NCBI RefSeq assembly: GCF_963921235.1
Contig: NC_086108.1
Location: forward strand, 43,588,001 to 43,652,000
Source of the DNA: Mobula hypostoma
Taxonomy: Eukaryota
DNA length: 64,000 bases
Reading direction: 5' to 3'
The position numbers and the translations under genes are program-made. The notes beneath the pieces are model-generated. The model was not told the DNA's origin, made no database searches, and saw nothing but the letters and a program-made list of their open reading frames with translations. This document shows positions 13,570 through 26,244 of this stretch, piece after piece. How positions within the stretch are numbered: position 1 is the stretch's first letter; the number at the start of each line of letters is the position of its first letter.

Positions 13570-14520
13570 ATGTTTTTATTGTGAAGCAACATCAGCTTAA
13601 CCACAACCGACAGTGTCCTAAAGTACAAAGCTTCTTTTTTTCTTTTCTTTCGTATAACAACATAATGAAAGTCAAATGAATGTATGTATAGTAAACAAGT
13701 AAAAAGCAAAGGAAACCCTACCACCCCATCTCCTTTCCCCTTCCCAGCCCTACCCTCCCCTCACCTCTCCTGTATGTGCTGTTTAGGTCCTACTGCCCCC
13801 CCCCCCACACTTAGTTCAGCTGTCGGTTTCTTCTAAATACAACAGTAATGGTCGCCAGATTTTTTCAAATTCCTTGAGTCTGTCCTTGATAACGTATCTT
13901 ATCCTCTCTAGATGCAGAGTATCCATTAATGCAACCAGCCATTGTCTGAGTGATGGAGTGTCCTCCTTTCTCCAGAACATCAGTATGAGTTTATTTGCAT
14001 TAAGTATGCCATAGGTCAGGAGTTGTTGCTGGGTAGCCTGGAATTTATCTGACCTCGCAGAAGTTCCAAAAATTATTCAAATGGGGTCTGGTGTAATCTG
14101 AACCTTTAGTACCTTCAATAGGACCTCAAATATTTCCTTCCAATTCTCTTGTATCCTGGAACATAAAGCATAACTATGTAACAAATTTGCCTCCGAGGAC
14201 TCTCATTTCACACACACTGGGGACATCCCTAGGAATATTTTACAAATCCTTACTTTTGAGTAATGTAGTCTATGTAGGATTTTAAATTGTATTGAACAAT
14301 GCCTGGCATTGATGGAACAGGAGTTAACATACTCCAAAGCCTCATTCCATATAACCTCCTCTATCTCTGTACGCAACTCCTTTTCCTACTCTTTTTAAAA
14401 TATTATCCATTGTTGTATGATACTTGTTTTGAATGGCATTATACAGATAGGCGATGATGTGTTCTGTCCCTAAACATGACTTTAAATGATTATCTAATTT
14501 ATCAGGTTCTGCCAGCAGAA
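13570..14520 (-). mobile_element. L1-clade LINE 3' end
   Basis: Minus strand reads ...LHRLHYSK...CVK*ES...NLLHSYALC... (Cys/His-rich C-terminus) followed by a G-rich then A-rich tail. Confidence 0.55.
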
Positions 14521-14669
14521 CCCTTTGAATATTCAGTACTGGCATCATTGTGGACACTTCTAAACCAAAATATACTCCCTTTGTTACAGTGTTAATAGAA
14601 GATCCCCTGAATATACAGTATAAACACAAGAGATTCTGCACATACTGGAAACCTTGAGGGACACACAGG

Positions 14670-15295
14670 AAATCAACAAGTCACAGATTGGGGGACCACT
14701 TTGTCAAGAACCTCTGTTCTTTCTGTCGCGAAAGACAGGATCTCCGATTGGCTGCCCATTTCAATTCAACATCCCATTCCAATTCCAACACGGCTGTCCA
14801 TGGCTTCCTCTACTGCCACGATGAGCCCATACGCAGTGTGGAGGAGCCAACACCTCATATTCCACCTGGGTAGCCTCTAACCCAATGGCATGAACATCAA
14901 TTTCCCTAACTTTCAGCAATTATTCCCCCCTCTGCCCTTCTTTCTTTTTTCCATTCCCTATTCTGGGCTCCCTTTCACCCCTTCTCTTCTAACCTGCCCA
15001 TTACCTCCCTCTGGTTCTCCTCATCCCCCCAATGTCCTCTTCTATTAGGTTCCTTTCTCCTCAGCCCTTTGTCCCTTCCACCGATCCCCTCCCGACTTCT
15101 TACTTCATCCTTGCCTTCCCCACCTTTCCCACTTTCGCCACCTTTGCCCTCACCTATCACCTGCCAGCTTGCACTCCTTCCCTTCCCCCCACCTTCTTGG
15201 TCTGGCTTCTGCCCTCTTCCTTTCCAGCCCTATTGAAGGGTCTTGGCCTAAGACACTGACTGTTTATTCCCCTCTGTACATGCAGTCTGACTTGT
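14670..15295 (+). mobile_element. Penelope-like 3' fragment
   Basis: GDHFVKNL...AAHFNSTSHS and the shared terminal motif. Confidence 0.7.
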
Positions 15296-16979
15296 CTCTG
15301 AATATGCAGCTGGCCAGAATGTTAAATGACAAACCAGACTATGTATAAGTGGCTAGGATACACATTAAACAATGTGCTAATACAGGAGGGGGCCACTTAA
15401 CAGCTTCCCTGCTCCCATTCTGAGATTTACAATGATCCCAACCACATGGACATTCATCTACTACCTTTCTCTGCATAGTTTCAATGGGACAAAATCTGAA
15501 TGCCCCATAACCAGTGATTGGTTTCACTAGCCATAAAGTATATCCAGAAGTTAAATTGTGAACAGGTTTGTTTCCCGAAGACTGGTTCTCATTTTAATCA
15601 AATTATAATTATGTAGTTCATAATTTCATAACTTTAGAATAATCTCTAACAAAGAGTTAGTGTACTCCTGTGGCCATCCCCCTCAACAACAGGCATACCA
15701 CTTTGGATACTGTTGAGGGGAATGACCTAGCAGAGGAAAGTCACAGTGGTTAGGTCTCGGGCACAGAGTCTGACTCTGAGACAGAATGGAAGGTGGGGGA
15801 GAAGAGGTGGGCTTTGGTGATAGGGGAACAGAAAGGAGGTTCGGTGGACAAGAATGAGATTCCTGGATGGTATATTGCCTCCTGGGTGCCAGGGTCTGGG
15901 ACATCTCAGATCGAGTCCTCAGCATTCTTAAGTGGGAGAGTGAACATACAGAGGTTGTGGTCCATGTAGATACCAATGGCATAGTTAGGAAGAGCACGAG
16001 GTTCTGCAAAGTGAATTCAGGGAGTTGGGTGCTAAGTTAAAAGGCAGGACCTTCAGGATTGTAATCTCAGGATTGCTACCGATATCACATGCTAGTGAGG
16101 CCAGAAATAGAAAGTTTATACAGGTTAACACGTGGCTGAGTGGTTGGCCTAGGAGGGGGGAATAAGATTTTTGGATCATTGAACTCTCTTACAGGGAAGA
16201 TGGAACTTGTACAGAAGAGAAGGTTGTATCTGAACCAGAAGGGGACTAATATCTTTCCAGTGCTGCACAGTGGAGTTTAAACCAGAGATGCAGTGGGCTG
16301 GGAACCAGAGGGCCAGAACAGCTAGTGAAGATGTTGCTAGGACAGATGTTGTTAAGGCCTAAAACAAAGTCAGTAATCAAAAGCTTGAGAATGATGCAAC
16401 TAATGTTCTGAGCTGCATATATTTCAATGCAAGAGGAATCATAGGAAAGGCAGATGAGCTCAGGGCATGAATCAACATGTGGAATTATGAAATTTGCAAT
16501 CATTAGTGAGACTTGATTGTAGGAGGGACAGGACTGGCAGCTCAATATTGTGGGGTTCACATGTTTTAGACATGACAATGGGAGGGATTAAAGGAGGAGG
16601 GATAGCGTTACTAGTCAGGGAGATTGTCACGGCAGTGCTCAGTCAGGACAGACTACAGAACTCAACTGGTAAGGAATTATGGGTGGAACTAAGGAATAAG
16701 AAAGGTATCACCACATTAATGGGGCTATATTATAGACCACCCAACAGTCTGAGGAATTTAGAGGAACAAATTTGCAGAGAGATCATAGACTGTTGCAAGA
16801 AACATCAGGTTATTATAGTAGGTGATTTTTACTTTCCACACATTGGCTGGGACTCCCATACTGTAAAAGGACTAGGGCCATAAGACCATGAGACAAAGGA
16901 GCAAAAGTCAGCCATTCAGCCCATCAAGTCTGCTCCGCCATTTTATCATAAGCTGATCCATTCTCCCATTTAGTCCCAC

Positions 16980-19828
16980 TCACCCGCCTTCACCCGCCTT
17001 CTCACCATAACCTTTGATGCCCTGGCTACTCAGATACCTATCAATCTCTGCCTTAAATACACCCAATGACTTGGCCTCCACTGCCGCCTGTCGCAACAAA
17101 TTCCATAGATTCACCGCCCTCTGGCTAAAAAAATTTCTTCGCATCTCTGTTCTGAGTGGGAGCCCTTCAATCCTTAAGTCATGCCCTCTCGTTCTAGACT
17201 CCCCCATCATGGGAAACAACTTTGCCACATCCACTCTGTCCATGCCTTTCAACATTTGAAAAGTTTCTATGTGGTCTTCCCTCATTCTTCTAAACTCCAA
17301 GGAATACAGTCCAAGAGCGGACAAACGTTGCTCATATGTTAACCCTCTCGTTCCCGGAATCATTCTAGTGAATCTTCTCTGTACCCTCTCCAACATCAGC
17401 ACATCCTTTCTTAAATAAGGAGACCAAAACTGCCCACAGTACTCCAAGTGAGGTCTCACCAGCACCTTATAGAGCCTCAACATCACATCCCTGCTCCTAT
17501 ACTCTATTTCTCTAGAAATGAATGCCAACATTGCATTCGCCTTCTTCACCACCGACTCAACCTGGAGGTTAACCTTAAGGGTATCTTGTACGAGGACTCC
17601 CAAGTCCCGTTGCATCTCAGAACTTTGAATTCTCTCCCCATTTAAATAATAGCCTGCCCGTTTATTTCTTCTGCCAAAGTGCAGAACCATACACTTTCCA
17701 ACATTGTATTTCATTTGCCACTTCTTTGCCCATTCTTCCAATCTATCCAAGTCTCTCTGCAGACTCTGTTTCCTCAGCATTACCGGCCCCTCCACCTATC
17801 TTCATATCATCAGCAAACTTAGCCACAAAGCCATCTATTCCATAATCCAAATCGTTGATGTACAATGTAAAAAGAAGTGGCCCCAACACGGACCCCTGTG
17901 GAAAACCACTGGTAACCGGCAGCCAACCAGAATAGGATCCCTTTATTCCCACTTTCTGTTTCCTGCCAATCAGCCAACCCTATCCATGTATGTAACTTTC
18001 CCATAATTCCATGGGCTCTTATCTTGTTAAGTAGCCTCATGTGTGGCACCTTATCAAAGGCCTTCTGAAAATCCAAATATACAACATCCACTGCATCTCC
18101 CTTGTCTAGCCTACTTGTAATTTCCTCAAAAAATTGTAATAGGTTTGTTGGGCAGGATTTTCCTTCAAGGAATCCATGCTGAGTTCTGCCTATCTTGTCA
18201 TATGCCTCCAGGTACTCTGTAACTTCATCCTTGACAATCGACTCCAACAACTTCCCAACCACCGATGTCAAGCTAACAGGTCTATAATTTCCTTTTTGCT
18301 TCCTTGCCCCCTTCTTAAATAGCGGAGTGACATTTGCAATCTTCCAGTCCTCCGGAACCATGCCAGAATCTATTGACTTTTGAAAGATCATCGCTAATGC
18401 CTCCGCAATCTCCACAGCTACTTCCTTCAGAACATGAGGGTGCATTCCATCTGGTCCGGGAGATTTATCTACCTTTAGACTATTCAGCTTCCTGAGTACT
18501 TTCTCTGTCGTAATTGTAACTGTGCACACTTCTCTTCCCTGCCACCCTTGAGTGTCCGGTATACTGCTGATGTCTTCCTCAGTGAAGACTGATGCAAAAT
18601 ACTCATTCAGTTCCTTCGCCATCTCCTTATCTCCCATTACAATTTCTCCAGCATCATTTTCTATTGGTCCTATATCTACTCTCACCTGTCTTTTACTCTT
18701 TATATACTTGAAAAAGCTTTTAGTATCCTCTTTGATATTATGTGCTAGCTTACTTTCATAGTTAATCTTTTCCCTTTTAATAACCTTCTTAGTTTCCTTT
18801 TGTAAGCTTTTAAAAACTTCCCAATCCTCTGTCTTCCCACTAATTTTTGCTTCCTTGTATGCCCTCTCCTTTGCTTTAACTTTGGCTTTGACTTCTCTTG
18901 TCAGCCACGGTTGCGTCCTTTTGCCATTCGAAAATTTCTTCTTTTTTGGAATATACCTGTCTTGCACTTTCCTCACTTCTCGCATAAACTCCAGCCACTG
19001 CTGCTCTGCCGTCCTTCCCACCAGTGTCCCTTTCCAGTCAACTTTGGCCAGTTCCTCTCTCATGCCACTATAATTTCCTTTACTCCACTGAAATACTGAC
19101 ACATCAGATTTCGGCTTCTGTTTTTCAAATTTCACAGTGAACTCCATCATGTTATGATCACTGCCTCCTAAGGGTTCCTTCACCTCAATCTCTCTAATCA
19201 CCTCGGGTTCATTACACAATACACAATCCAGTACAGCCGATCCCCTAGTGGGCTCAACAACAAGCTGTTCTAAAAAGCCACCTTGCAGACATTCTACAAA
19301 TTCTCTCTCTTGAGATCCAGTGCCGACCTGATTTTTCCAATCCACTCGCATGTTAAAATCCCCCACAATTATCATAACACTGCCCTTCTGACAAGCCTTT
19401 TCTATTTCCTGTTGTAATTTGTAGTCCACATCCCTGCAGCTGTTTGGAGGCCTATAAATAACTGCCACCAGGGTCCTTTCACCCTTGCGATTTCTTAGCT
19501 CAACCCATAAAGATTCTGCACCTTCCGATCCTATATCACCTCTTTCTAATGATTTAATATCATTTCTTACCAATAAAGCCACACCTCCCCCTCTGCCTAC
19601 CTTCCTATCCTTCCGATACACCATGTATCCTTGGATGTTCAGCTCCCAGGGACATGCATCCTTTAGCCAGGTCACAGTGATGGCCACGATATCATACCTG
19701 TCAATCTGTAGCTGTACGACAAGATCATCCACCTTATTCCTTATGCTGCGTGCATTTAAGTACAACACCTTAAGACCAGTATTTGGTACTTTTCGCTTTG
19801 ATTTCACTGTAACTTTATTGCACTGCAA
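16980..19828 (-). pseudogene. CR1 ORF2 (APE endonuclease and RT) broken by two frameshifts
   Basis: YLNARS, GDFN, SDH, YRPVSLTS, LDFQKAFD, GFPQGSVLGP and FADD spread over ORFs 17819-19828, 17743-17952 and 16980-17795. Confidence 0.9.
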
Positions 19829-20057
19829 CTCATCTCAATGGCTACAAATTTGCCCCACCACCTGCCTGTCTTTCCTGAGATCTTTACTGCTCACTATCTT
19901 AGATTTATTTCTGTTTTCCCCTTCCTCCGCTCTATCATTCCAGTTCCCATTCCCCTGCCAAATTAGTTTAAACCCCTCCCTAACAGCTCTATTAAACTTT
20001 CCCACTAGGATATTGGTCCCCTTCAGGTTCAGGTGTAACCTGTCCATTTTGCACAGG

Positions 20058-20906
20058 TCATACTTCCCCCAGAAGAGATCCTAATGATCCAAGAATCTGA
20101 AGCCCTGCCCCCTGCCCCCTGCACCAGTCTCTCAGCCACGCATTCACCTGCCTGATCCTGCTATTCTTGCCCTCGCTAGCACATGGCACAGGTAGCAATC
20201 CCAAGATTACTACCCTGGAGGTCCTGTTTCTCAGCTTTCTTACTAACTCCCGGAAATCTCTCTTCAGGACCTCCTCCCTTGTCCTATCTATGTCACTGGT
20301 ACCAACATGTACCAAGACAACTGGCTGCTCGCCTTCTCCCTTCAGAATATTCTGGACCTGATCCGAGACATCCCGTACCCTGGCACCTGGGAGGCAACAC
20401 ACCATGCAGGTATCTCTATCAGGCTCACAGAATCTCCTGTCTGTTCCCCTGACTATGGAATCCCCTATGACTACCGCATTCTTCTTCTCCCTCCTTCCCT
20501 CCTGCACAACAGTGCCAGGCTCAGTGCCAGAGACCCGGTCACCGTGGGCGTCCCCTGTCAGGTCATCCCCCTCAACAGCATCCAGAACAAGATATTTGTT
20601 GCTGAGCGGGACAGCCACAGGTGTGCTCTCCACTATCCGGGCATTTTCCTTCCCTCTCCTGACAGTCACCCAATTTTCTGACTCCCGCAGCCTAGGGATG
20701 ACTACCTCCCTGTAGCTCCTGTCTATCACCTCTTCACTTTCCCTGATAAGCAGTAGATCATCAAGCTGCAGCTCCAGATCCCTAACTCGGTCTCTGAGGA
20801 GCTGCAACTCAGTGCACCTGGCGCAGATGTGGCCATCAGGGAGGCTGGAGGTCTCCCAGGATTCCCACATCTGACACCCTGAACAAAGCACTAACCCTGC
20901 AGGCAT
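20058..20906 (-). CDS. CR1 ORF1: zinc finger, leucine zipper, SGNH esterase (frameshifted near the end)
   Basis: CSGC...CARC, heptad leucines, VIGDSIVRG, PGARVRDV, VHVGTSD. Confidence 0.85.
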   Translation of the reverse strand: MPAGLVLCSGCQMWESWETSSLPDGHICARCTELQLLRDRVRDLELQLDDLLLIRESEEVIDRSYREVVIPRLRESENWVTVRRGKENARIVESTPVAVPLSNKYLVLDAVEGDDLTGDAHGDRVSGTEPGTVVQEGRREKKNAVVIGDSIVRGTDRRFCEPDRDTCMVCCLPGARVRDVSDQVQNILKGEGEQPVVLVHVGTSDIDRTREEVLKRDFRELVRKLRNRTSRVVILGLLPVPCASEGKNSRIRQVNAWLRDWCRGQGAGLQILGSLGSLLGEV

Positions 20907-21514
20907 GCTATCTAATTTTACAGGAATGAAACAGGAAAAATAAGTCTACTCGCCCACTTACCTCGCCAAACAGATGAACTTTTTAAACCGTTAGCTCGTA
21001 CCATTAGCTGTGAGAGCCCTGCTGTTCCTGTCTGTCTGGGCCGATTCGTGAAGGGGGGGGTGGTGGGGAGGAAAAAAAAAAGGGTTGGTGCTGTGCTTTC
21101 ACCTCTTCCCGTTTACTGCCAAAGCCCGTTGAAGCCAAAGCCCTACACTAGATGGGATAGAGTTTGTCAAATGTGTTCAGAAAAGTTTCCTTAATCAGTA
21201 CATAAAGTACCAATGAGAGCGGGCGCAATGCTATTAGGAAATGAGATGGGGCAGGTAACAGAAAGTTGTGTAGGGGAACACTTTGCATCTAATGATCATA
21301 ATGTCATTAGTTTCAAAGAAAATATGGAGGATAGATCTGGTCTGTGGGTTGAGATTCTAAATTAGAGAAAGGACAACTTTGATGGTATCAGAAAGGATCT
21401 GACAGGTTGTTTTCTGGCAAATATGTACTTGGTAAGTGGGAGGCCTTCAAAAGTGAAATTTTGAGTGTACAAAGCTTGAATGTGCCTGACAGAATAAAAG
21501 GTAAAGGTAACAGG

Positions 21515-22425
21515 CCCGAGAGGTAATGTTACAGCTATATAGTACCTTGGTCAGACGCCACTTGGAGTACTGTGTTCAGTTCTGATCACCTCACTAGAGG
21601 AAGGATGTGGGAACTATAGAAAGGGTGTAGAGGAGATTTATAAGGTTGTTGTCTGGATTGGGGAGCATGCGTTATGAGAATAGGTTGGCCTTTTCTCCTT
21701 GGAGTGGTGGAGGATGAGAGGTGACCTCTGTGACTAAACACATTGATGAAGGTAGAGTAGTAGATGTAGTGTACGTGGATTTCAGCAAGGCATTTGATAA
21801 GGTACCCCATGCCAGGCTTTATGAGAAAGTAAGGAGGCATGGGATCGAAGGGAACATTGCTTTATGGATCCATAATTGGCTTGCTCACAGAAGGCAAAGA
21901 GTGGTTGTAGATGGGTCATATTCTGCATGGAGGTCAGTGACCAGTGGTGTGCCGCAGGGATCTGTTCTGGGACTGCTACTCTTTGTGATTTTTATAAATG
22001 ACCTGGATGAGGAAGTGGAGGGAAAGGTTTGTAAATTTGCTGATGACACAAAGGTTGGGGGTGTTGTAGATAGTGTGGAGAGCTGTTAGAGGTTACAGCG
22101 GGACATTGATAGGATGCAAAACTGGGCTGAGAAGTGGCAGATGGAGTTCAACCCAGGTAAGTGTGAGGTGGTTCATTTTGGTAGGTCAAATATAATGGTA
22201 GGTCAAATATGATAGTAGAATATAGTATTAATGCTAAGACTCTTGGCAGTGTGGAGGATCAGAGGAATCTTGGGGTCCGAGTCCATAACTGCTGCACAGG
22301 TTGACTCTGTGGTCAAGAAGGCATACGGTGCATTGGCCTTCATAATTTTAAAGTAGTACATGTTTGGCACAGCATTTTAGGCCGAAGGGCTGGTATTGTG
22401 CTGTAGGTCTTTTCTATGCTTCTAC
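21515..22425 (+). mobile_element. Rearranged CR1 RT insertion
   Basis: RT motifs GVPQGSVLG and FADD. Flanked by AACAGG repeats. Confidence 0.7.
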
Positions 22426-25400
22426 AACAGGTGTAGGGGACCTTGGATTTCAAGAGATATTGAGGCCATGGTTAAGAAAAAAAAGGGGATGCATAGCATG
22501 TATATGCAGGTAGGAGCAGATGGGGTGCATATGGAGTACAAGAAATGCAAGAGAACACTGAAAGAAAAAAATCAGGAGGGCTAAAATAAGGTACGAGGTT
22601 GCCTATCAGACAAGGTGAAGGAGAATCATAAGGGATTCTACAAATATGTTAAGAGCAAAAGGATTGCAAGGGACAAAATTGGTCCACTGGAATATCAGAA
22701 TGCTAATCCAGGCATGGAGCCAAAAGAGATGGGGGAAATCTTAAATATTTTTTCTCCATCTCTATTTCCTCAGGAGATGGACACAGAGTCTCCAGAAGTG
22801 GGGCAAAGTGGCATCAACTTCATGGACCCTATACAGATCACAGAAGAAGAGGTTTTAGTTGTCCTGATGCAAATAATGGAGGATAAATCGCCAGGGCCTG
22901 ACAAGGTGCTCCCTCAGACCCTGCAGGAGGCAAGTGCAGAAGTTGCTGGGCCCCTAGCAGAGATATTTAAATCACCCTTAGCGACAGATGAAGTACCAGA
23001 GGATTGGCGGATAGATGATGTTCCACTGTTTGAGAAAGGCTCTAAAATAAAGCTGGAAATTATAGGCCAATGAGCCTGACACTTGTAGTGGGAAATTGGA
23101 AGGTATTCTGATGGACCAGATGTATAAGTATTTGGATAGACATGGACTGATTAAGGATAGTCAGCATAGCTTATAAAGTTTCTCGAGAAAGTTTCCAGGA
23201 AACTTAATGAAGGCAAGGTACTGGATGTTGTCTACATAGATTTTAGTAAGACATTTGACATTTGGGAGGTTGGTCAAGAAGGTTTAGTCACTTGGCATTC
23301 AAGATGTCGCAGTAAATTGCATTAGACATTAGCTTTGTGGGAGAAACCAGAGAGTGATAGTAGATGGTTGCCTCTCTGACTGGAGGCCTGTGACTAGTGG
23401 AGTGCAGCAAGGATTAGTGCAGGGTCCATTGTTGTTTGTCATCTATAGCAATGATCTGAATGATGATGTGGTTAACTGAATCAGTAAATTTGTGGATAAC
23501 ACTGAGGCTAGGGGTGTAGTGGACAACAAGGAAGGCTATCATGGTTTGCAGCTGGATCTGAATTAGTTGGAAAAATGGGCTGAAAATTTGCAGATGGAAC
23601 TTAATGCAGACGAGTGCAAGTGTCTTACACTGTGAACATTAGCACACTAAGGAGTGTGGTAGCAAAGGGATCTGGGAAATCTGGGTACAGGTCCATACTT
23701 CGTTGAAAGTGGCGACACAAGTAGGCAAGGTTATAAAGAAAGCTTTTGGCACCTTACCTTCATAAATCAAAGTATTGAGAACAGGAGATGGGATGTTATG
23801 TTGAAGTTGTACAAGACATTGGTATGGCCTAATTTGGAGAATAGTCTGTAGTTTTGGTCACTTACCTACAGGAAAGATGTAAATAAGGTTGAAAGAGTGC
23901 AGAGAAAATTTACAAAGATGTTGCTGGGTTTGGAGGACCTGAGTTATAAGGAAAGATTGAATAGGTTAGGACTTTATTCCTTGGGATGTAGAAGATTGAG
24001 GAGAGATTTGACACTGTGAGGAGTAGAGATGGGGTAAATGGTAAATGGAAGCAGGCTCCTTCCACTGAGCAACACACACAAAATGCTAGAAGAACTCAGC
24101 AGGCCAGGTAGCATCTCTGGAAAGTTGTAAGCTGTCAATGTTTCGAGCCAAGACCTTTCATCGGGACCATGAGTGTTAATGCATAAACAATAAGGACATG
24201 TTTTTCTTTTGTTTGAACAATTTTACATTCAACATCTCCCTCAATACCTGAGGGCTGCCATCTTTATATCCCATAATTCCTCAAACACTCCATTATTTCT
24301 CCAACTTCTGATTTAATACTGTTTTTCAAAGTCAAATGACTTTAGTTACTAGGACATCTTCATCTTGATATTTCTCAGATGGTCCAGCCTGATCTATGAC
24401 TTGATTCAATATGAAGTCTGTCTGCACATGACGTGTCAACTGACCCTGCAGTACCAGCAACTGTGATTTGTTCTAGGTAATTGAAGTTGTACCGACTTTT
24501 GTTTCTCCCAGTAGCTTGCCTGCTCACCCTAAGACTTCAGCTTTATTTTGGTCTACAGATCTCACAGTTTGTCCTGTTTTAAGACTGAAACGTTCATGCA
24601 GTTGTGATAATTTCTGTTCAGGCAAGCCTGTTGAGTTCTCACTGAGTCCTGATGAAATGTCTCAGCCTGAAATATTGGCTGCTTACTCTTTTCCATAGAT
24701 GCTGCTTGGCCTGCTGAGTTCCTCCAGCATTTTGTATGTGTTCCTTTGGATTTCCAGCATCTGCAGATTTTCTCGTGTTTGTTTTTCCACTGAGGTTGGG
24801 TGGGACTACAACCAGCAGTCATGGGTTAAGGGTGAAAGGTGAAAATTTTAAGGGGATAATTAGGCAAGACTAGAAGTTCATGAGCATGTGGAACAAGCTG
24901 CTAGCACAAGTGCTGCATGCAAGCTTGATTTCAAAATTTAAGAGAAATTTGGATAGGTATATGGATGGTAGGCATAGAGTGCAGGTCAATGGGAGTAGGC
25001 AGGTTTCATTGTTCACCATGGACGAGATGGGTCAATGGGCTTGTTTCTGTGCTGTACTTCTCTATGACTCTAAAGGTACAAACGTTTGGATTGGGTGTCA
25101 TGCTGATGAAGAAAAGTAGTTATTGAACTGAAAGTGAAGAGTGGGAGGCAAAAAAAAAGATGCTGGAAATCTTGAGCAACATGCACAAAATTCTGAAGGA
25201 ACTCAACGAGTTAGGCAGACTCTAGTCAACATTTGAGGCTGAGTCCTTTAATCAGGAATAGGAGAAATAGACCTTTCAGAATTTGGCAAGTGTGACTATT
25301 GGGGGATATGTGAATACTAAAGAAAAATACTGCGAAGTGTCACCCAGGATCTTGGGAAATAGTGGAGAGGGCAGGGTCAAATAGGTTACTCCTGCTGAGT

Positions 25401-25833
25401 CCTTTCCTCAGCTCTTCATGCAGAGAAATGTAAGATGATACCATCTGGTAGGAAGAACAAGGAGAGACAGTATGGAATAAAGGATGCTTTTCTCTGGGAT
25501 GAGTAGGTGCAGAAGGACGTTGGGTTATGATAGGGCAGTGGATGCAGCTAGTGAGTTGCTCTAGTAGAGAGCTGGAGCAGACATGGTTGGTCAAATGGCT
25601 TCTTTTTGTGCTGCAACCATTCTATGATTCTATAATTATGTTCTCTTTGAAACAGAGGAGCTTGAGAGAAATCTGATTGAGGCGCTGACCTAGCCTATAG
25701 GTTAAAGAGAAATGATCCCATTAGCCCGAGCATCAAGAGTCAGAGCAAACAGGTTGAGGGGGATTGGGGGAAAAATCACGAGAGGAAGAAAATCTACTCC
25801 GTTGCAGCGTGCAAAGAAAAATGGATACGTACT

Positions 25834-25840
25834 TGACTCA
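25834..25840. promoter_or_regulatory. AP-1 consensus site
   Basis: TGACTCA about 250 nt upstream of the TATA box. Short motif, could be chance. Confidence 0.35.
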
Positions 25841-26030
25841 GGGGAGAAGAACCCAGATATATTCTTACATTGTACTGGCACTGACTCGAAGGACGGAGTG
25901 GTCCGTGTTCACAGGAAAAGTCTAATTGTAAGTGCTGCGATTCCATACATTTCTAGTTGCGTACTTTCTCAGAAGTGGGATTGAGAACCTGTGCAATTAT
26001 TTTTCTTGTTCAGTTATTTTGACAATCATC

Positions 26031-26099
26031 GGAAAATCCCGTTAGGAATGCACACTTCACTGCGAAGGGAAATTCCCTGTTCTTCCATGCTTTATAAAA
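26031..26099 (+). promoter_or_regulatory. Core promoter: two NF-kB sites and a TATA box
   Basis: GGAAAATCCC at 26031-26040 (GGGATTTTCC on minus), GGGAAATTCCC at 26067-26077, TATAAAA at 26093-26099. Confidence 0.8.
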
Positions 26100-26186
26100 C
26101 CGACCAGCGGAGCCCTGCCTCACAGCTTCAAATTTGGCATCCTTTGCAGCACAGAATTAAATCTCCTGTGACATAAACGCTGAACC

Positions 26187-26244
26187 ATGGCCAGTTGGAG
26201 ACTGCCTCTGACGGCGGCACTCGCTCTGATGTTCCTGCTAACAG
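26187..26244 (+). CDS. VCAM1: VCAM1-like exon 1, signal peptide MASWRLPLTAALALMFLLTG
   Basis: Kozak accATGG about 90 nt after TATAAAA, hydrophobic leader, phase-1 donor at 26245. Confidence 0.85.

Larger units (their letters stand above)
16876..21146 (-). mobile_element. Young near full-length CR1 LINE
   Basis: ORF1, ORF2 and 3' tail present, flanked by the direct repeat ACTAG (16871-16875 and 21147-21151). Confidence 0.9.
15660..25075 (+). mobile_element. Older near full-length CR1 split into four pieces (15660-16875, 21147-21514, 22426-24069, 24785-25075)
   Basis: Esterase-like ORF1 remnant, endonuclease (GLYYRPPNS, VGDFYFP) and RT run colinearly across three insertions bounded by ACTAG, AACAGG and TTCCACTGAG repeats. 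Confidence 0.75.
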
